DNA of 61,785 nucleotides, filler included, from Asterionella formosa (GCA_002256025.1; 26 parts of 26 records of this genome joined end to end with filler, not necessarily neighbours in it), one strand, 5' to 3'. Numbered from the whole stretch's first letter, positions 1-12,240 are shown. Translations and numbers: made by a program. Notes: generated by a model from the letters alone, not told the origin.

Positions 1-810
1 CGGAATACATCTATTCATGGTAAGTGAAAATAGAATGGAACTGCATGTTGTTGCATAAAAATAATATGACTAACATGTATTTGCTTCGCAGTTGGTACAA
101 CATTAACATGAATACTAATAATGAAGGAAAGCTCTGATACGGAGAAGAAGGGAATGAGGAGAGGCAACCCGCCGCTATCAGCAACATCAGTTCATCCTTT
201 GGAATCAGACAAGTACAAGGGAAAGGACGAAGTGGGCAGTTACAGTTGTGTCAGAAACGGGGTAGCAGGGAAGAAGCAGACAAGAGAATGAACAGGAGTG
301 AGACGGTGTGAAATAACTGTTCTATAGATAGATTGAAACAATTCTAAATTTAGCAATTAAATTACAATCCGTTTCCACAGATGATGGAAAAATACTTCAT
401 AGAGATACGATGGTAGTAATATGGCTATAAGATGAACAAATACACAATAGAGGATGTAGCTACTAAGGTAAATCGATGATGGTCTTGTAAGTACAATTAG
501 TAATTCATGGTCATGAGAAGAGCGATTGAAATTCAAAGAGAAGTAGTGATTTCGACTTGAGTTGTTGTTACTCATTTACTGTATTTGTATGATTACTTTG
601 TGGTTACCATTATGAGTCAATATGGATCAATAATAGAACAATATGATCATATCTTATAAGTATAAACATGCTTATCAAATATTCATACATAAAGAATGTA
701 CCTGTAACACAAATAACAAAACGCGTATCATGCACAGAAAAATTCTGTGCCAGTTATCGTACGATACCCCTGATCTTATATGTACAATACTTTTTATTTG
801 CAGACGTGCT

Positions 811-965
811 TGAAGTCAGCAAGTTGAAGTAAGCAGTCAGTAGGCAGCAAATGAAGTCTGTAGTCCGTGAATAACTCAAATTTTCAGCAAATCAAGTCTG
901 CAGATCATAGCAAAATGAGCGAAGTCCGCTGTCAGCAAGCAAGTTGAAGTTGGTAGTCAGCGATT
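811..965 (+). repeat. Degenerate AAGTCAGCAGTCAGCA-type repeat array, dispersed family copy 1
   Basis: Repeated (GA)AGTC(A/T)GCA units. Shares AGTTGAAGTTGGTAGTCAGC and TTTTCAGCAAA-CAAGTC with 30790-30910. Confidence 0.75.
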
Positions 966-2290
966 CTGCTGGGAAAGGCTGCAGCGCTTTTTCAGTTTGA
1001 ATTTTTGTAACGGTTACAGGTAATATAAAAACATGGAAATATTTTGAAAATTTTCATTGAAAATTTTCATCATTTCGGAATTAGTGGGCTGGTCAGGCAA
1101 CCAATGAAGTAGGTTGAAACAAGTAAGTGAAAATTCAAAGTACGCGCAATGCGCTGATTCCCGGACCTTCAAGAATAACGGTAATATACATAGAAATGGT
1201 AAAACAATCGTCAAGCACACAAGAATGATTATATCATGCAAAATCAAAAAAAATTGAACATGATGTTTGGAGCAACCAAAGTATGATATGCAATGTAAAA
1301 AAGAAATAGAAAATATTTTTTTGTTTGGAAACGAAATAAAAAATTTGAGTTTCAGTGGAGACAAATGCATTTTGGTACTTTCGCAGGCAACATTGACTTT
1401 CCATCATACAATCAAAGAGCAAAATAATACATAAAAGAACTTAAAAAAACTGACTTGGAGATTTTAAATTGAATCACCAGAATTGGGGCAAAACAGAAAA
1501 TCTTTAACCCAATCCACACTCACCATCCTACTATTCTCCGGCTGACATGAGAAGTGCAGTCATAAAAAACTGAACCAAGAACAAAGCTACCACAACTTTT
1601 TAAAGTACTTCCACACAAGGAAGTGACTACCAACCAACCCTTTCCACCGCCCCACCTTATATGGGCCATGGAGTGCAATGACGGCAACTCTAGAAATAGA
1701 ATAGTAAGAATGCGCTATAAAAATAATTAATATATATTAAAATTTAACAGCTGATCATATCTGATGAAACTATCGGTTCAATGACAAGATGGAAGCCTAC
1801 TAACTTTGACCTACCATAGTAAAATTTTGTGTTTTGAAACCTAATGACTTATCGAGGTCGCTTTTGAAAGTTCATTAATTGATTATTCACTACACATCAA
1901 ATCATGATATATAACCGCAGTTTCTATCCAGAGGTTAACTCCTGACATTATAGGGTACAGGGCTACCGGTATCTGTTTTAATCTACATGAGCCCTGTAGG
2001 TGTGGAGCAATCCTCCTCCAAAAAGTCGACCTGATCGACTTTTTATCAGTAATCAAAATATTGGAAGCGGAATTTGTACATTCAAAAACGTTCTCGCAGA
2101 CTTAGAGTCTTGCGTAGGTATGTTTTGCTGTGTAATTCTCATTTCGAAAAGACTCCAGGGTAAGTTCCCGCATCACTACACATATTCTGATTGGTTGAAT
2201 TTATTTTATGATTTACTCCCCTGCTCCAGATTGGCTGAAGTATTTGGGTCTTGTAAAGTCACGCCAGCCACATTCGAACCACACGTATTA

Positions 2291-2390
2291 NNNNNNNNNN
2301 NNNNNNNNNNNNNNNNNNNNNNNNNNNNNNNNNNTTAATTAATTAANNNNNNNNNNNNNNNNNNNNNNNNNNNNNNNNNNNNNNNNNNNN
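2291..2390. other. Artificial contig linker (first of 25)
   Basis: N44-TTAATTAATTAA-N44 (stops in all six frames). It recurs starting at 4680, 7069, 9458, 11846, 14233, 16616, 18999, 21387, 23769, 26151, 28531, 30911, 33291, 35670, 38047, 40423, 42799, 45174, 47549, 49923, 52296, 54669, 57042 and 59414. Contig lengths fall from about 2290 to 2272 bp. Confidence 0.99.
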
Positions 2391-2784
2391 ATAGGATCGA
2401 GTGAAATGTTACCAAACAAGGTGCGATGACAGACAGCTGCAGAAATACCTGAATCATCTCGAAGCGAAATGTAATTGGATTCTCGAATGGTGACTGGATT
2501 ATTTGAGTAGTTGCGATTGCGCCAATTGATGCCATTTCGACGAGTCTCAGTAGTAGTTGTGGTAGTAGTAATAGTGGAGAATGCCAAACCACAACAATAG
2601 CCGACAACAATCGGCTTCTGCAATATCATTCTGAGATGTGCACGTCTCAAATGACGACAATGAATGAATAAATGAATGAATGAGCGCAAACAAACTTGAT
2701 TTATTCCATGGATAATCGATGTTGTGGGGAAGGCGCGACAATAGAGTTGCTGTTGATCCTCTCTTTTGCTTTAGACAACAACAA

Positions 2785-2838
2785 AGGCGAGGCGAGGCGA
2801 GGCAAGGTGAGATGAGGTGAGGTGAGGTGAGGTAAGGC
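2785..2838 (+). repeat. Pentanucleotide microsatellite (GAGGC/GAGGT)n
   Basis: Tandem GGCGA/GGTGA units read directly. Confidence 0.85.
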
Positions 2839-3034
2839 AAACAATGAAAGCATCAAAATGATGATTATGATGATGATGATTCACTCTGTGTGTTTTCTAC
2901 ATGTAGAATATATATTGATATACCTATATAAATATATATCAACACATGAACAAATGACGGAAGAAACTGCCGTAGAGAAAGGATGTACCGGTGCACTGCT
3001 CCGAGGAAACTACCGGTAGACTACCGGAACCTGG

Positions 3035-3630
3035 TGAAGTATCTAACTAGAAGTGGTAGTATTTGTTGAATATATGAGCTTATTAATTAATCCTTATGTA
3101 CAACTCATTTCCTGAACTGACATCAAAGTATAGAATGGATGTTGAGTTCTCTCATTATTGAATTCCGATATATTTGATATAACCCTAACCCTATATACAT
3201 CTGTATCGATGTGCAGGATTGCTCACTCTCCCACACTTGAGGGAAAACCTTTTACCTATGAAAAGGTTTGATACGACGAATATTAATTCGTTCTGTAATG
3301 TGCATAGTGCGTTGAAAAGTAACTGTACCATTGGCATGTACTTGAATAATAGTTTAAGGACCTCGTCCACGATTATCCAAAGTAGTAGGATTATCCAATA
3401 ATATTAAATTGATAGAAGGAAATTTTAATGGATGTGTTTGTTGATTGAGAATCAATTGTATATCCAGCAATTGTCTGTCATGTATTAAATTAGAATCCAG
3501 AGGATATTGAATATTGTCTGTCAAGATGGGATGATTCAAGGAAACATGTAAGCAAGGGTTCATCATCTAATTCAATTGAAAAAGTAGATGTGGAAGTTGA
3601 TGTTGGAGATTGCTTTCGGTCAAATATCAA
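3035..3630 (-). mobile_element. Ty3/gypsy 3' remnant with integrase core deleted, PPT and probable 3' LTR
   Basis: 3420-3630 continues the gypsy of contigs 9/18/22 (KSPTSTSTSTFSIELDDEPLLTC, NHPILTDNIQYPLD). It then jumps to the integrase C-terminus GP*TIIQVHANGTVTFQRTMHITERINIRRIKPF. A purine tract GGGAGAG (3226-3232) precedes TGAG...TTCA (about 3225-3035). LTR limits are inferred. Confidence 0.75.
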
Positions 3631-3631
3631 T

Positions 3632-3920
3632 AACATCCCACGGGTTCCTCCCAACTGGAAATTCCCAAAATGCGGCCTCCTTGTTGCATACAAACTATGG
3701 CACACAAAGGATACAGTGTCGGGGCAGTGTGCCATGAAGTTTTTGAAGCCCATGGATGTTGATTTTTTGACAGATGGGAGGCGAAGGCTAGAGGAATTCA
3801 CGCTTCTCATGAGAAGGTTAGATTTGGCTGCACATGAAAAAGGGTTGCTACATCAGGAGATGTCAGATTTGCATTGTAGGAAAGCATTTGATATTGTGGC
3901 TAGTTCATTGGGAGTTCCTA
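3632..3920 (+). mobile_element. Fragment resembling the C-terminal domain of stramenopile Crypton-type element proteins
   Basis: RVPPNWKFPKCGLLVAYKLWH...MKFLKPMDV...RRRLEEFTLLM matches a recalled RVP-x-W/F-x-FP...LW...L-x-P-x-D...R-x-RL...LM pattern. Recognised by eye only. Confidence 0.45.
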
Positions 3921-4679
3921 CATCGCCTGAGAGGGAGGGAAAGGTGAAGCTAGGAGACATATATCCAGGCTCAGGAGTATCTGTAGACCATTTCGAATCA
4001 CGAGTGCTTGGAAGACAATATTCTTCGCGAGGAAAGTCACATGACTCCTGTATGTATAAAGGGGGCTGTATCTTTGTGGACCATGCATCCGGCCTTCTTT
4101 ATGTCCACCACCAGGTGGGATTCTCAGCAACCGAAACACTCACGGGTAAGCAGCAATTCGAAAATTGGGCTTACAACCACGGGGTTCTCATAGGCCGATA
4201 TATGACCGACAATGGTACTTTTGGCGCTAAGGAGTTTGTTGATGCTATCATTGCTCGTGGACAACAGGTTAAATACTGTGGAGTAGGTGCACATCACCAA
4301 AATGGGGCTGCTGAGAGGAGCATACGAACTGTATCTAATATGGCAAGAGTCATGATGCTACATGCATCAATTAGATGGCCTGAAACTGCTGATGCAACGC
4401 TATGGCCCATGGCAGTTGATTATGCTGTACATGTCTATAACCACGTGCCAGGAGCACGGACAGGACAATCGCCAATTGATATATTTACTGGGTCTCTAGT
4501 ACCTCGACATGGACTTAAGGACTTACATGTATGGGGCTGCCCATGCTATGTGCTAGATCCTAAAATGCAAAATGGCATTAAGCTACCTAGATGGGAACCA
4601 AGGTCTAGGAGAGCACTGTTTGTAGGAATGTCTCCTAATCACAGCAGTAATGTGCCATTAGTACTAAACCTAAAGACAG
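3921..4679 (+). mobile_element. pol: Ty1/copia (CoDi-type) integrase, partial
   Basis: PGSGVSVDHF, GGCIFVDHASG, YMTDNGTF, GVGAHHQNGAAERSIRT, LWPMAVDYAVHVYN, HVWGCPCYVLDP, PRWEPRSRR: rve DDE core plus SH3-like region. Open to the contig end. Confidence 0.93.
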
Positions 4680-4779
4680 NNNNNNNNNNNNNNNNNNNNN
4701 NNNNNNNNNNNNNNNNNNNNNNNTTAATTAATTAANNNNNNNNNNNNNNNNNNNNNNNNNNNNNNNNNNNNNNNNNNNN

Positions 4780-6514
4780 CACCGAAATGTGGCAAAACTA
4801 GGTGGGTGGGATAGGATTCTTGATGCTATGGGTGGCATGCACTGGAGTTCTGTCTCCTACCCCACTCCCACCTGAGTATTCACTATCATGACTACTCGCG
4901 GGACCCACCGGAAACGTGGTTAAACTATCTCACCGAAATGTGGCAAAACTAGGTGGGTGGGATAGGACCTCACGTGTGGTCGGTGGCGTGTTCTACGTAC
5001 CGAGCCACACATGGCAGAATTGATCGCGAAAGTTCGGACGTTAGGGCCGAATTTCGCCCTCGGTTTTGACCAACAACGGTTGGCATGGCTCCTCGGAGGG
5101 AGTTGTGACAACCGCTGGGTACATGGATGGATGATGGGTGAACCAACCGGAGTCACAGCACAGCAAAACTGTGACTCTTCGGTTGACAGCTCATCATCCA
5201 ATGGGGACGGTAGCCAGATGGAACGGAACCCGGCAGGGGCCACCACCCTTGCCAGGTTCCTGATGAGCGTTGTTAGCCTTCGTGCTAACATAATCAGGTC
5301 CCGTTGGGGGTCTTACGCAAGTGAGGCATTTGACGGGGTCCCACACACCTCCACGGGCCAACGCCCCGACGGGTAGGGCAGACCGCGTACTGGTCAAGAC
5401 TGGGGCTGCACACAGGTTTTTAGTGAGTGAAAGTCTCACACTACCTCGCCCAGGTGAGAGGGGCGGGGTGCCTCACCGGACACTGGGACATGATTGGATG
5501 ACGGGGTGCCTCAAAAACATTCCTGAACACATGAACTGGTGGGAGGAGTTCGAATCCTCCCATGATGCCCCCCAAGCACCCCACATCGATGGGGCAGGCG
5601 GGCAAAGCGGCCGGATAGGTTTTCTCCTGGCGCCTTGGAACAGCCAAAAAAAAATGGAGGGCAGTGGATATGCCATCAGTAGGCCTGTGGAAGGAGGCAC
5701 GGATGTTGCCAATGTGTGCCTTGCCATACTTCAACTTGGCCCCCCTCTCCTCACGTGGTTAAACTATCTCACCAAAATGTGGCAAAACTAGGTGGGTGCC
5801 TGGGGCGCCAAGCCACCGGAAATGTGGTTCATCAACTTTCTCACCGAAATGTGGTTAAACTAGGTGGAAGCCTAGCCTGGGGCGAAGAAGATTGGGTACA
5901 AATGCAACCCTAACCCTAACCCTAACAATGGGTGCGAAAAGAGTTATAAAAAAATAGGAAAAAAAAAATAAAAATTGAAAAAATAAGTTAAAAAATAAAA
6001 TAAAAAAGAGGGAAGAAAAGGAACCCGGCCCTGGGAGGGAAATGGCAAGTAACAACACAACTTAGTACTGTTTGGTGCTCAACAGTGAAGTGATTGCCAC
6101 TACCTCCCCCACCGAACAACGGAGAGGGGATAGGATTCTTGATGCTATGGGTGGCATGCACTGGAGTTCTGTCTCCTACCCCACTCCCACCTGAGTATTC
6201 ACTATCATGACTACTTGCGGGACCTCTCTCTAAGCCTGGCAGGTCGAGATGCGGTTCCGGGCAAAGGGAGACCAAAAAAGTGCCAAAACAAACACGTGCT
6301 TCGACAAATTATAGGAATCGACGGAGTGTCGTTCCACCTGCAGCTCCTCGGGGGCTGAACCAAGAAATTGGGACAGCTGAATTTGTGCAGGAGACTGGAG
6401 ATTCTGCCAGAAACGCTCACAGCACAGCAAAACTTTGACTCTTCGGTTGAAAGCTCATCATCCGATGGGGACGGTAGCCAGATGGAACGGAACCCGGCAG
6501 GGGCCAGCACCCTT
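4780..6514. repeat. GC-rich mosaic repeat with ~25-bp subrepeats and (CCCTAA)3
   Basis: CACCG(G)AAA(T/C)GTGG(TT/CA)AAACTA units at 4780, 4906, 4931, 5770, 5814 and 5842. 4809-4905 is nearly identical to 6129-6224, and 5153-5250 to 6417-6514. AACCCT repeats at 5906-5926 are followed by an A-rich tract. Confidence 0.8.
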
Positions 6515-6536
6515 CATCTAAGACGCGAAATACGCC

Positions 6537-7068
6537 ACTTTTCGAAATTTCGTCTACGTATGAGTGTTAATTATGTGGTACTTCACATGCATAAATGCCA
6601 CTCTTCACGTAAAAAAGATTACTTTTAACGGTTTCATGTGAAGTTTTAACTGTTTCATGTGAAGTTTTCACAATGAATTTTGAACGCGAGACTGAATTAG
6701 TTGATGTTTCAAATAATTCATTTGACTTTTCGAAATTTCGTTTACGTACGAGTGTTAATTATGTGGTACTTCACATGCATTAATGCCACTCTTCACGTAA
6801 AAAGGTTACTTTTAACGGTTTCATGTGAAGTTTTAACTGTTTCATGTGAAGTTTTCACAATGAATTTTGAACGCGAGACTGAATTAGTTGATGTTTCAAA
6901 TAATTCATTTGAAAGTTCAACTAAGATCCTGCTCTTGAGGCTAATACATTCGCAACACGCATTTTACTTAATGAAATAGTAAGGATATTTGTGGTGTCTA
7001 ATGTCATCCATCTGAGATCAAAGTTTTACGGTTGTACACATCACATGAAGAACTCACACTTACCGGTA
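6537..7068 (+). repeat. Dispersed AT-rich repeat with 21-bp subrepeats and ~187-bp tandem duplication
   Basis: 6537-6724 is duplicated at 6725-6911. Units of GTTTTAAC(G/T)GTTTCATGTGAA. Other copies at 7169-7434 and 11270-11392 (minus). Confidence 0.88.
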
Positions 7069-7168
7069 NNNNNNNNNNNNNNNNNNNNNNNNNNNNNNNN
7101 NNNNNNNNNNNNTTAATTAATTAANNNNNNNNNNNNNNNNNNNNNNNNNNNNNNNNNNNNNNNNNNNN

Positions 7169-7434
7169 AAGTTTTAACGGTTGCATGAGAAGTTTTAACT
7201 GTTTCATGTGAAGTTTTCACAATGAATTTTGAACGCGAGACTGAATTAGTTGATGTTTCAAATAATTCATTTGAAAGTTCAACTAAGATCCTGCTATTGA
7301 GGCTAATTAATACATTCGCAACACGCGTTTTACTTAATGAAATAGTAAGGATATTTGTGGTGTCTAATGTCATCCATCTGAGATCAAAGTTTTACGGTTG
7401 TACACATCACATGAAGAACTCACACTTACCGGTA
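7169..7434 (+). repeat. Second copy of the 21-bp-subrepeat family
   Basis: Nearly identical to about 6810-7068, ending CACTTACCGGTA. Differs by a 4-bp insertion at 7304-7309. Confidence 0.9.
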
Positions 7435-8881
7435 AAAAAGCTCCCTCTTCCTGGTTTTCATGTTATGTAGGTTATTACCGGTACTAGGTAAATGTACTAC
7501 TAGCCAGTGGTAGGCAACCCGTTCATAATCATTCAATTAAGAGTTTACAGGAGAGAAGAAACCATTCGAACTCGTAATGTTTCCGCACACAGCGCACAAA
7601 GTATATCCGTTTCGTCCACTTCAGCATGACAATCTCGCCAATCAACCCGTAAACAAACACATTCTACTTGTTCTCGTTGAAATTTTCAATTCTCACATGA
7701 AACTACATCTACTATTGAGATTCAGCATAGAATGAGATACGAAAATGTGCGTAATAGACTACTGTCCACATAGCTATAGTTATAGAATGATTCTGATTAG
7801 AATGTATTTCATTTTCAGATTGCTCGCTCGTTTCTGCATTTGGCATACTGTACTTGAATTAACTATTGAACTTGTCTGCATCTTTGATACCATCAAGCAA
7901 GAGAGCGAAAGCAAGTGGCTCTTTTCACTGTTGTTTGCTCGTAGGAAGAATTTGATATCTGTATCGTCATTTGCTTGTTGGAATTGTCCGTTGCCTCAAA
8001 CTTGCTTGCCGTGTGCGTGCACACACTGTCGACTGGTTTTCAATGGTATGTTGTTCTTGTATTCACTGTTGAACTTGTCCGCATCTTTGTTACCTTCAAT
8101 AGAGCGACGCAGACGAAATGGGTCTCTTCATTGTTGTTTGCTCCTGGAAAAGTCGGTGTCCGTGTCTGTGTCATCCTCATCAAAAGAGAGACAAGTTGCT
8201 TCTTTCGTTGGAAAAATTGGTACCGTATCATCATTCACTCCTTCGAACCACTGTCCGTTGCCTCAAACCTGATTAGCGTCCAAGTAACGGTATGTGCACT
8301 GTTGACTTTAGTACATTACAGGCGGAGTGACTTGTTAGCTACTAAATTGCGTGATATAATAATATACCCTGTAGCACGTTGCAGAATACATTTGCTTCCC
8401 AATCATCTCATCATGATTGATAAGATGATACTGCGATATCATGATAGGGTTACATCGATGCATACATCACCAAAGTATGATACGTAATATTGAATAAAGC
8501 ACATCACATAGCTATGATTCATTGATCATAAAATTATGATGATTTTATGAAATGTTTATTATATAATTTTGATCATGTTAAAAGAATACAATGACCATAA
8601 AATACGATAAAATATGTACGCAAGTGTTACCAAGACATCATAGAATATAAATCAGGCAATCATAAAGTATGTTAATTATTATATATGTTTGTCGTTTAAT
8701 GTATACACTTAAAGTCAACACTTAATATGATAGTATTATACAGTGGATAGGATCTAAGTATACAGATGCATTGATATGTACATCACTATAATATGATTTG
8801 TGACATGGATTGATGCATATCACATACCGGTATCCTCAACAACCAGCCATCACGTTCATTGTTGTGTCGTCTTTCCTTGTT

Positions 8882-9103
8882 TTAGCTATATATATGCTCA
8901 GATCCGTTCTTCCATTGCAAATCTTCCTTCAATAGGTAAAATTCGTCATCCTTGAGCATTTGCCTTCCAGCTGCATCATAGGACTGAAGCGCGTCCAGAA
9001 AGATACGCTCCTTTTCGGCTACTGTGAGACGAATGAGTTCCCCACTTTCCGGATCGACAACACAGTATTCCTTGTCAGGACTAGTTTCGTTTTTGCTTGA
9101 TTC
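8882..9103 (-). pseudogene. PGRL1: PGR5-like protein 1 (PGRL1) gene fragment, truncated
   Basis: Not in the ORF track. After a CCCCATAG acceptor it reads ...EYCVVDPESGELIRLTVAEKERIFLDALQSYDAAGRQMLKDDEFYLLKEDLQWKNGS, matching the PGRL1 motif E-x-E-x-x-FL-x-AL-x-S-Y...G...(D/N)-x-EF-x-x-LKE-x-L-x-W-x-GS. A stop follows within five codons. Confidence 0.8.
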
Positions 9104-10094
9104 CTATGGGGAAAGATGGAAGTAAGAATTTTTATTTACTCATAAATAGTTACTAACAAAATGGTGTCGTTTCTTTTGCTCCATCGACCGAGTCGGACAG
9201 AAGTGTCATGTTTATGACAAGTCTCTTCGTTCCAACCACTCCTCATATTCGAAACCCGTTTGATTCGTCGTTGTGGCAAGTTTTGTTTTGTTGCGCAGGA
9301 AGTCACAAATAGGCGGGAGACATCCATCAACCAAGTCGGACAGAAGTGTCAGGTCAGTTCTTGTCTCATCTCTTCGTTCCAACTCCTTTTATTCGAAACC
9401 ATTTGATACGGCGGGATACAACCTTCCTCGCTGTTTCCTAAGTCCAATGGTACCACCNNNNNNNNNNNNNNNNNNNNNNNNNNNNNNNNNNNNNNNNNNN
9501 NTTAATTAATTAANNNNNNNNNNNNNNNNNNNNNNNNNNNNNNNNNNNNNNNNNNNNAATCACAGTTGTTGCACTATGCAAAAGCAGCATACCCTGTCTC
9601 ACTAGTTTACAATGTCCATAACTCGAATAAATCTGTATTCAAATATTCCTTGTGAATACCTTCCATACCTTTTGAGGTCAGCCAATTATTAGGTAAATGC
9701 ATCTTGGAGGCCAATTCCATGTGCTCACAGCAGTAAGTTTGTACTTCCTCATCACTTTGTCCTGATCCACTTTTTGGTTAGTTCCACACAGATTCTGTCC
9801 AACTAGTATTCCTCCATTTGTGGATTATGAGTAGCTAGCACAGGACCTTTTCACAGGCGTGTGTCATGCTGGTTTCCCACCTTCTTGATTAGAATACTAA
9901 TGCAGAGTAGACAGGCAACATTCAATTCTGTTTCTGGAAGGTAACAAAATGGATACATGTATCATTTTTCTGTATACATGACATATTCTCCATCATTCAT
10001 ACCTGATCACAGCAATATGGTATCCGGCCGGCTGCAAGGATGATGCTTAACATTTCCTTTTGATCTGCTGGTAGCTCCATTTTCTACAGTTGTT

Positions 10095-10099
10095 ATCTA

Positions 10100-10130
<31 letters not shown>

Positions 10131-10140
10131 ATATATATAT
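10095..10140 (+). repeat. (TC)n-(TA)n microsatellite
   Basis: Read directly. Confidence 0.9.
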
Positions 10141-11269
10141 AAATCTTTTTTAGAGAAAAGTTTTTTTTAATCAGCCCTAAGGAAATGAACCTCAAGATAT
10201 TATTATTCTGATGCCACCAATTTTTAGCTACTACTCTGTCTACTCACGCCACTTTACATACTCTTGACAAAGACTCTCCCTGACATGTCTGTTTTTGACG
10301 GAAACTCTCTTGTCGCAGGCAGCTCCCCTCATCGCCTGCCGATACTTATTTCAGTTTTCGCCTTCCTTTCTCTAGCACTGAATCAACAACAAGAACTTGC
10401 TAATTCATCGAAAAGTGCACTTAAACAGTCGAAAAATAATATTCAACCATCATCCAGTGCATTTTCTAAGCCCACTCCCCTTACCACCACTGATGATAAT
10501 CCCTCCCCATCCCCACCAGACTCTTGCACACTTAATCACCCACAAGGCAAGAGCAAAAAATGCTTTCCTCAACAAATGGCGATAAAGAGGACCAATCAGC
10601 AACATCAGTATCTTCTGCAAATAAAAAGTATCATGCATATAGGATCAAGGGTATTTTACACTAAGTGGCACAGTATTTTCATACTATGTAAAAAAAGTCA
10701 ATTAGCCAAATCATAAATGAAATTATTGAAAGTTCGATTCTAATATGGAACACTTTAACCAAAGAATAGTTATTACTATTCCCCATGATAACATTATTGA
10801 ACTCCGAGAAGGCTTTTAGGCCTAAGAAGGGGAACATCGGACCTTAGCTATTGGAGGTAAAAATCAGCTAAATTTATCGCAACCCTAATCCAAGAAATCG
10901 AAAACGTCTATGGCCAATAAGCTGAAATGACATGATTGGTAAACATCAATGTCCGAAAATTTTGTCAAAATGATCCTCCAATTGGGGGTCAAAAAATTCC
11001 AATAAGGTAAAAATTGGTCCCTGTGTTAACCCATATTATTAATATCAACTACCGGTAGTTCCGTCTTGGAAATCACTGTATGATTGTGAAAAATCACATG
11101 AAAAAAGGAAGAGTAATATTGTTCACTACAATAAGTGCATATGATATGATACTTGAAGAGCACAGCAACCAGAAACTGTAGATTTTCCAGCATGCCTGAA
11201 ATAAGACACCACAAATATCTTTACTATTTCATAAATGAAGATGCATGTCGTAAGTGAAAAATCATCCAT

Positions 11270-11392
11270 GATTTTGAAATGAATTATTTAAAACATCAAG
11301 CAACTGCCTAATACAGTCTTGAGTTCAAAGTTCATTGTGAAAACCTCACATGAACGCGGTAAAACTTCACATAAAACCGTTAAAAGTAACCT
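11270..11392 (-). repeat. Diverged third copy of the 21-bp-subrepeat family
   Basis: Reverse complement of GGTTACTTTTAACGGTTT(C/T)ATGTGAAGTTTT...CACAATGAA...AAATAATTCATTT seen at 6800-6911. Confidence 0.8.
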
Positions 11393-11997
11393 GCTTATTT
11401 ATGGGAAAAAGTTGGTAGATGCTACGTATCTGTAGCTCTCACGCAGTAAAATTTGCTAGAAAAATGTTTCTACACAATTTGTTTGTTTTACTTTGTTTGC
11501 TAATATTTGTTTTTATAAAAGAGTGAGCTTAATGTAAATGTAAATTTGAATGTATGATTTTGAAACTTCCAAGCTCATGCATGTTTCAAAATAGAGGTGA
11601 TCTTCGGAGGCGAGGTTCATTTGTGTTCCCAACTTGAACTGAGAATAAACTACATCCTCTTCCTAAATACACATTTGTCTTAATCTTGGCCTGTCTCAAC
11701 TTAGGCCAGATGCTGTTTGATCGAAGACTGCTTACAGAATGATCCTGTTAATCATAACTAGATCATAGCTAGTTTGCTTCTTTAATGTTCCTTGATGTTA
11801 CGGACATATCTGTAATTGTCTAGTCAATCATTTATTGATTTGGCTNNNNNNNNNNNNNNNNNNNNNNNNNNNNNNNNNNNNNNNNNNNNTTAATTAATTA
11901 ANNNNNNNNNNNNNNNNNNNNNNNNNNNNNNNNNNNNNNNNNNNNCATTGTCATATTTTGACAACACTTGATTTGTTGTAGGCATTGTAAAATGATA

Positions 11998-12240
11998 ATC
12001 TGTTTTATAGCCCATTTGTACTCCCCTTTTTCAAGGCAAATTATTCATTGTACTAACTGCCAACAAGACCTGTGTTCCCCTAGATTTGTTAGCATAGAAG
12101 GTGATTGTCTTTGCTGCAGCATTAGGGGAAACTCTCACAGCCTAGGAGGGTGGCACAAGCTGCTTCTAGGGGGGAACCCACTATTTTTTGCCCACCAGGC
12201 AAGACCATGCAGGACAGTAAGGAGTGTGGAAGTAAACCTG
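11998..12240 (+). repeat. Dispersed repeat, homologous to 29280-29558 (opposite strand)
   Basis: Shared TCTGTTTTATAGCCCATTTGTACTCCC, CAAGACCTGTG, AACCCACTATTT, CACCAGGCAAGACCA and AGTGTGG in the same order. Confidence 0.8.

Noticed and set aside
2335..2346. Regularly spaced TTAATTAATTAA (CRISPR-like periodicity, piggyBac-like TTAA)
   Set aside because: Synthetic six-frame-stop linker inside N runs. ORFs ending in X...LIN or X...N are artefacts.
5259..5298. Hammerhead ribozyme (CTGATGA)
   Set aside because: No GAAA core after stem II; only a plain hairpin is supported.
4780..5870. 25-bp repeats as a CRISPR-like array
   Set aside because: Irregular spacing, degenerate units, repeated spacers, no cas genes, eukaryotic context.
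10264..10716. 150-aa ORF
   Set aside because: TTG start, low complexity, no recognisable domain.
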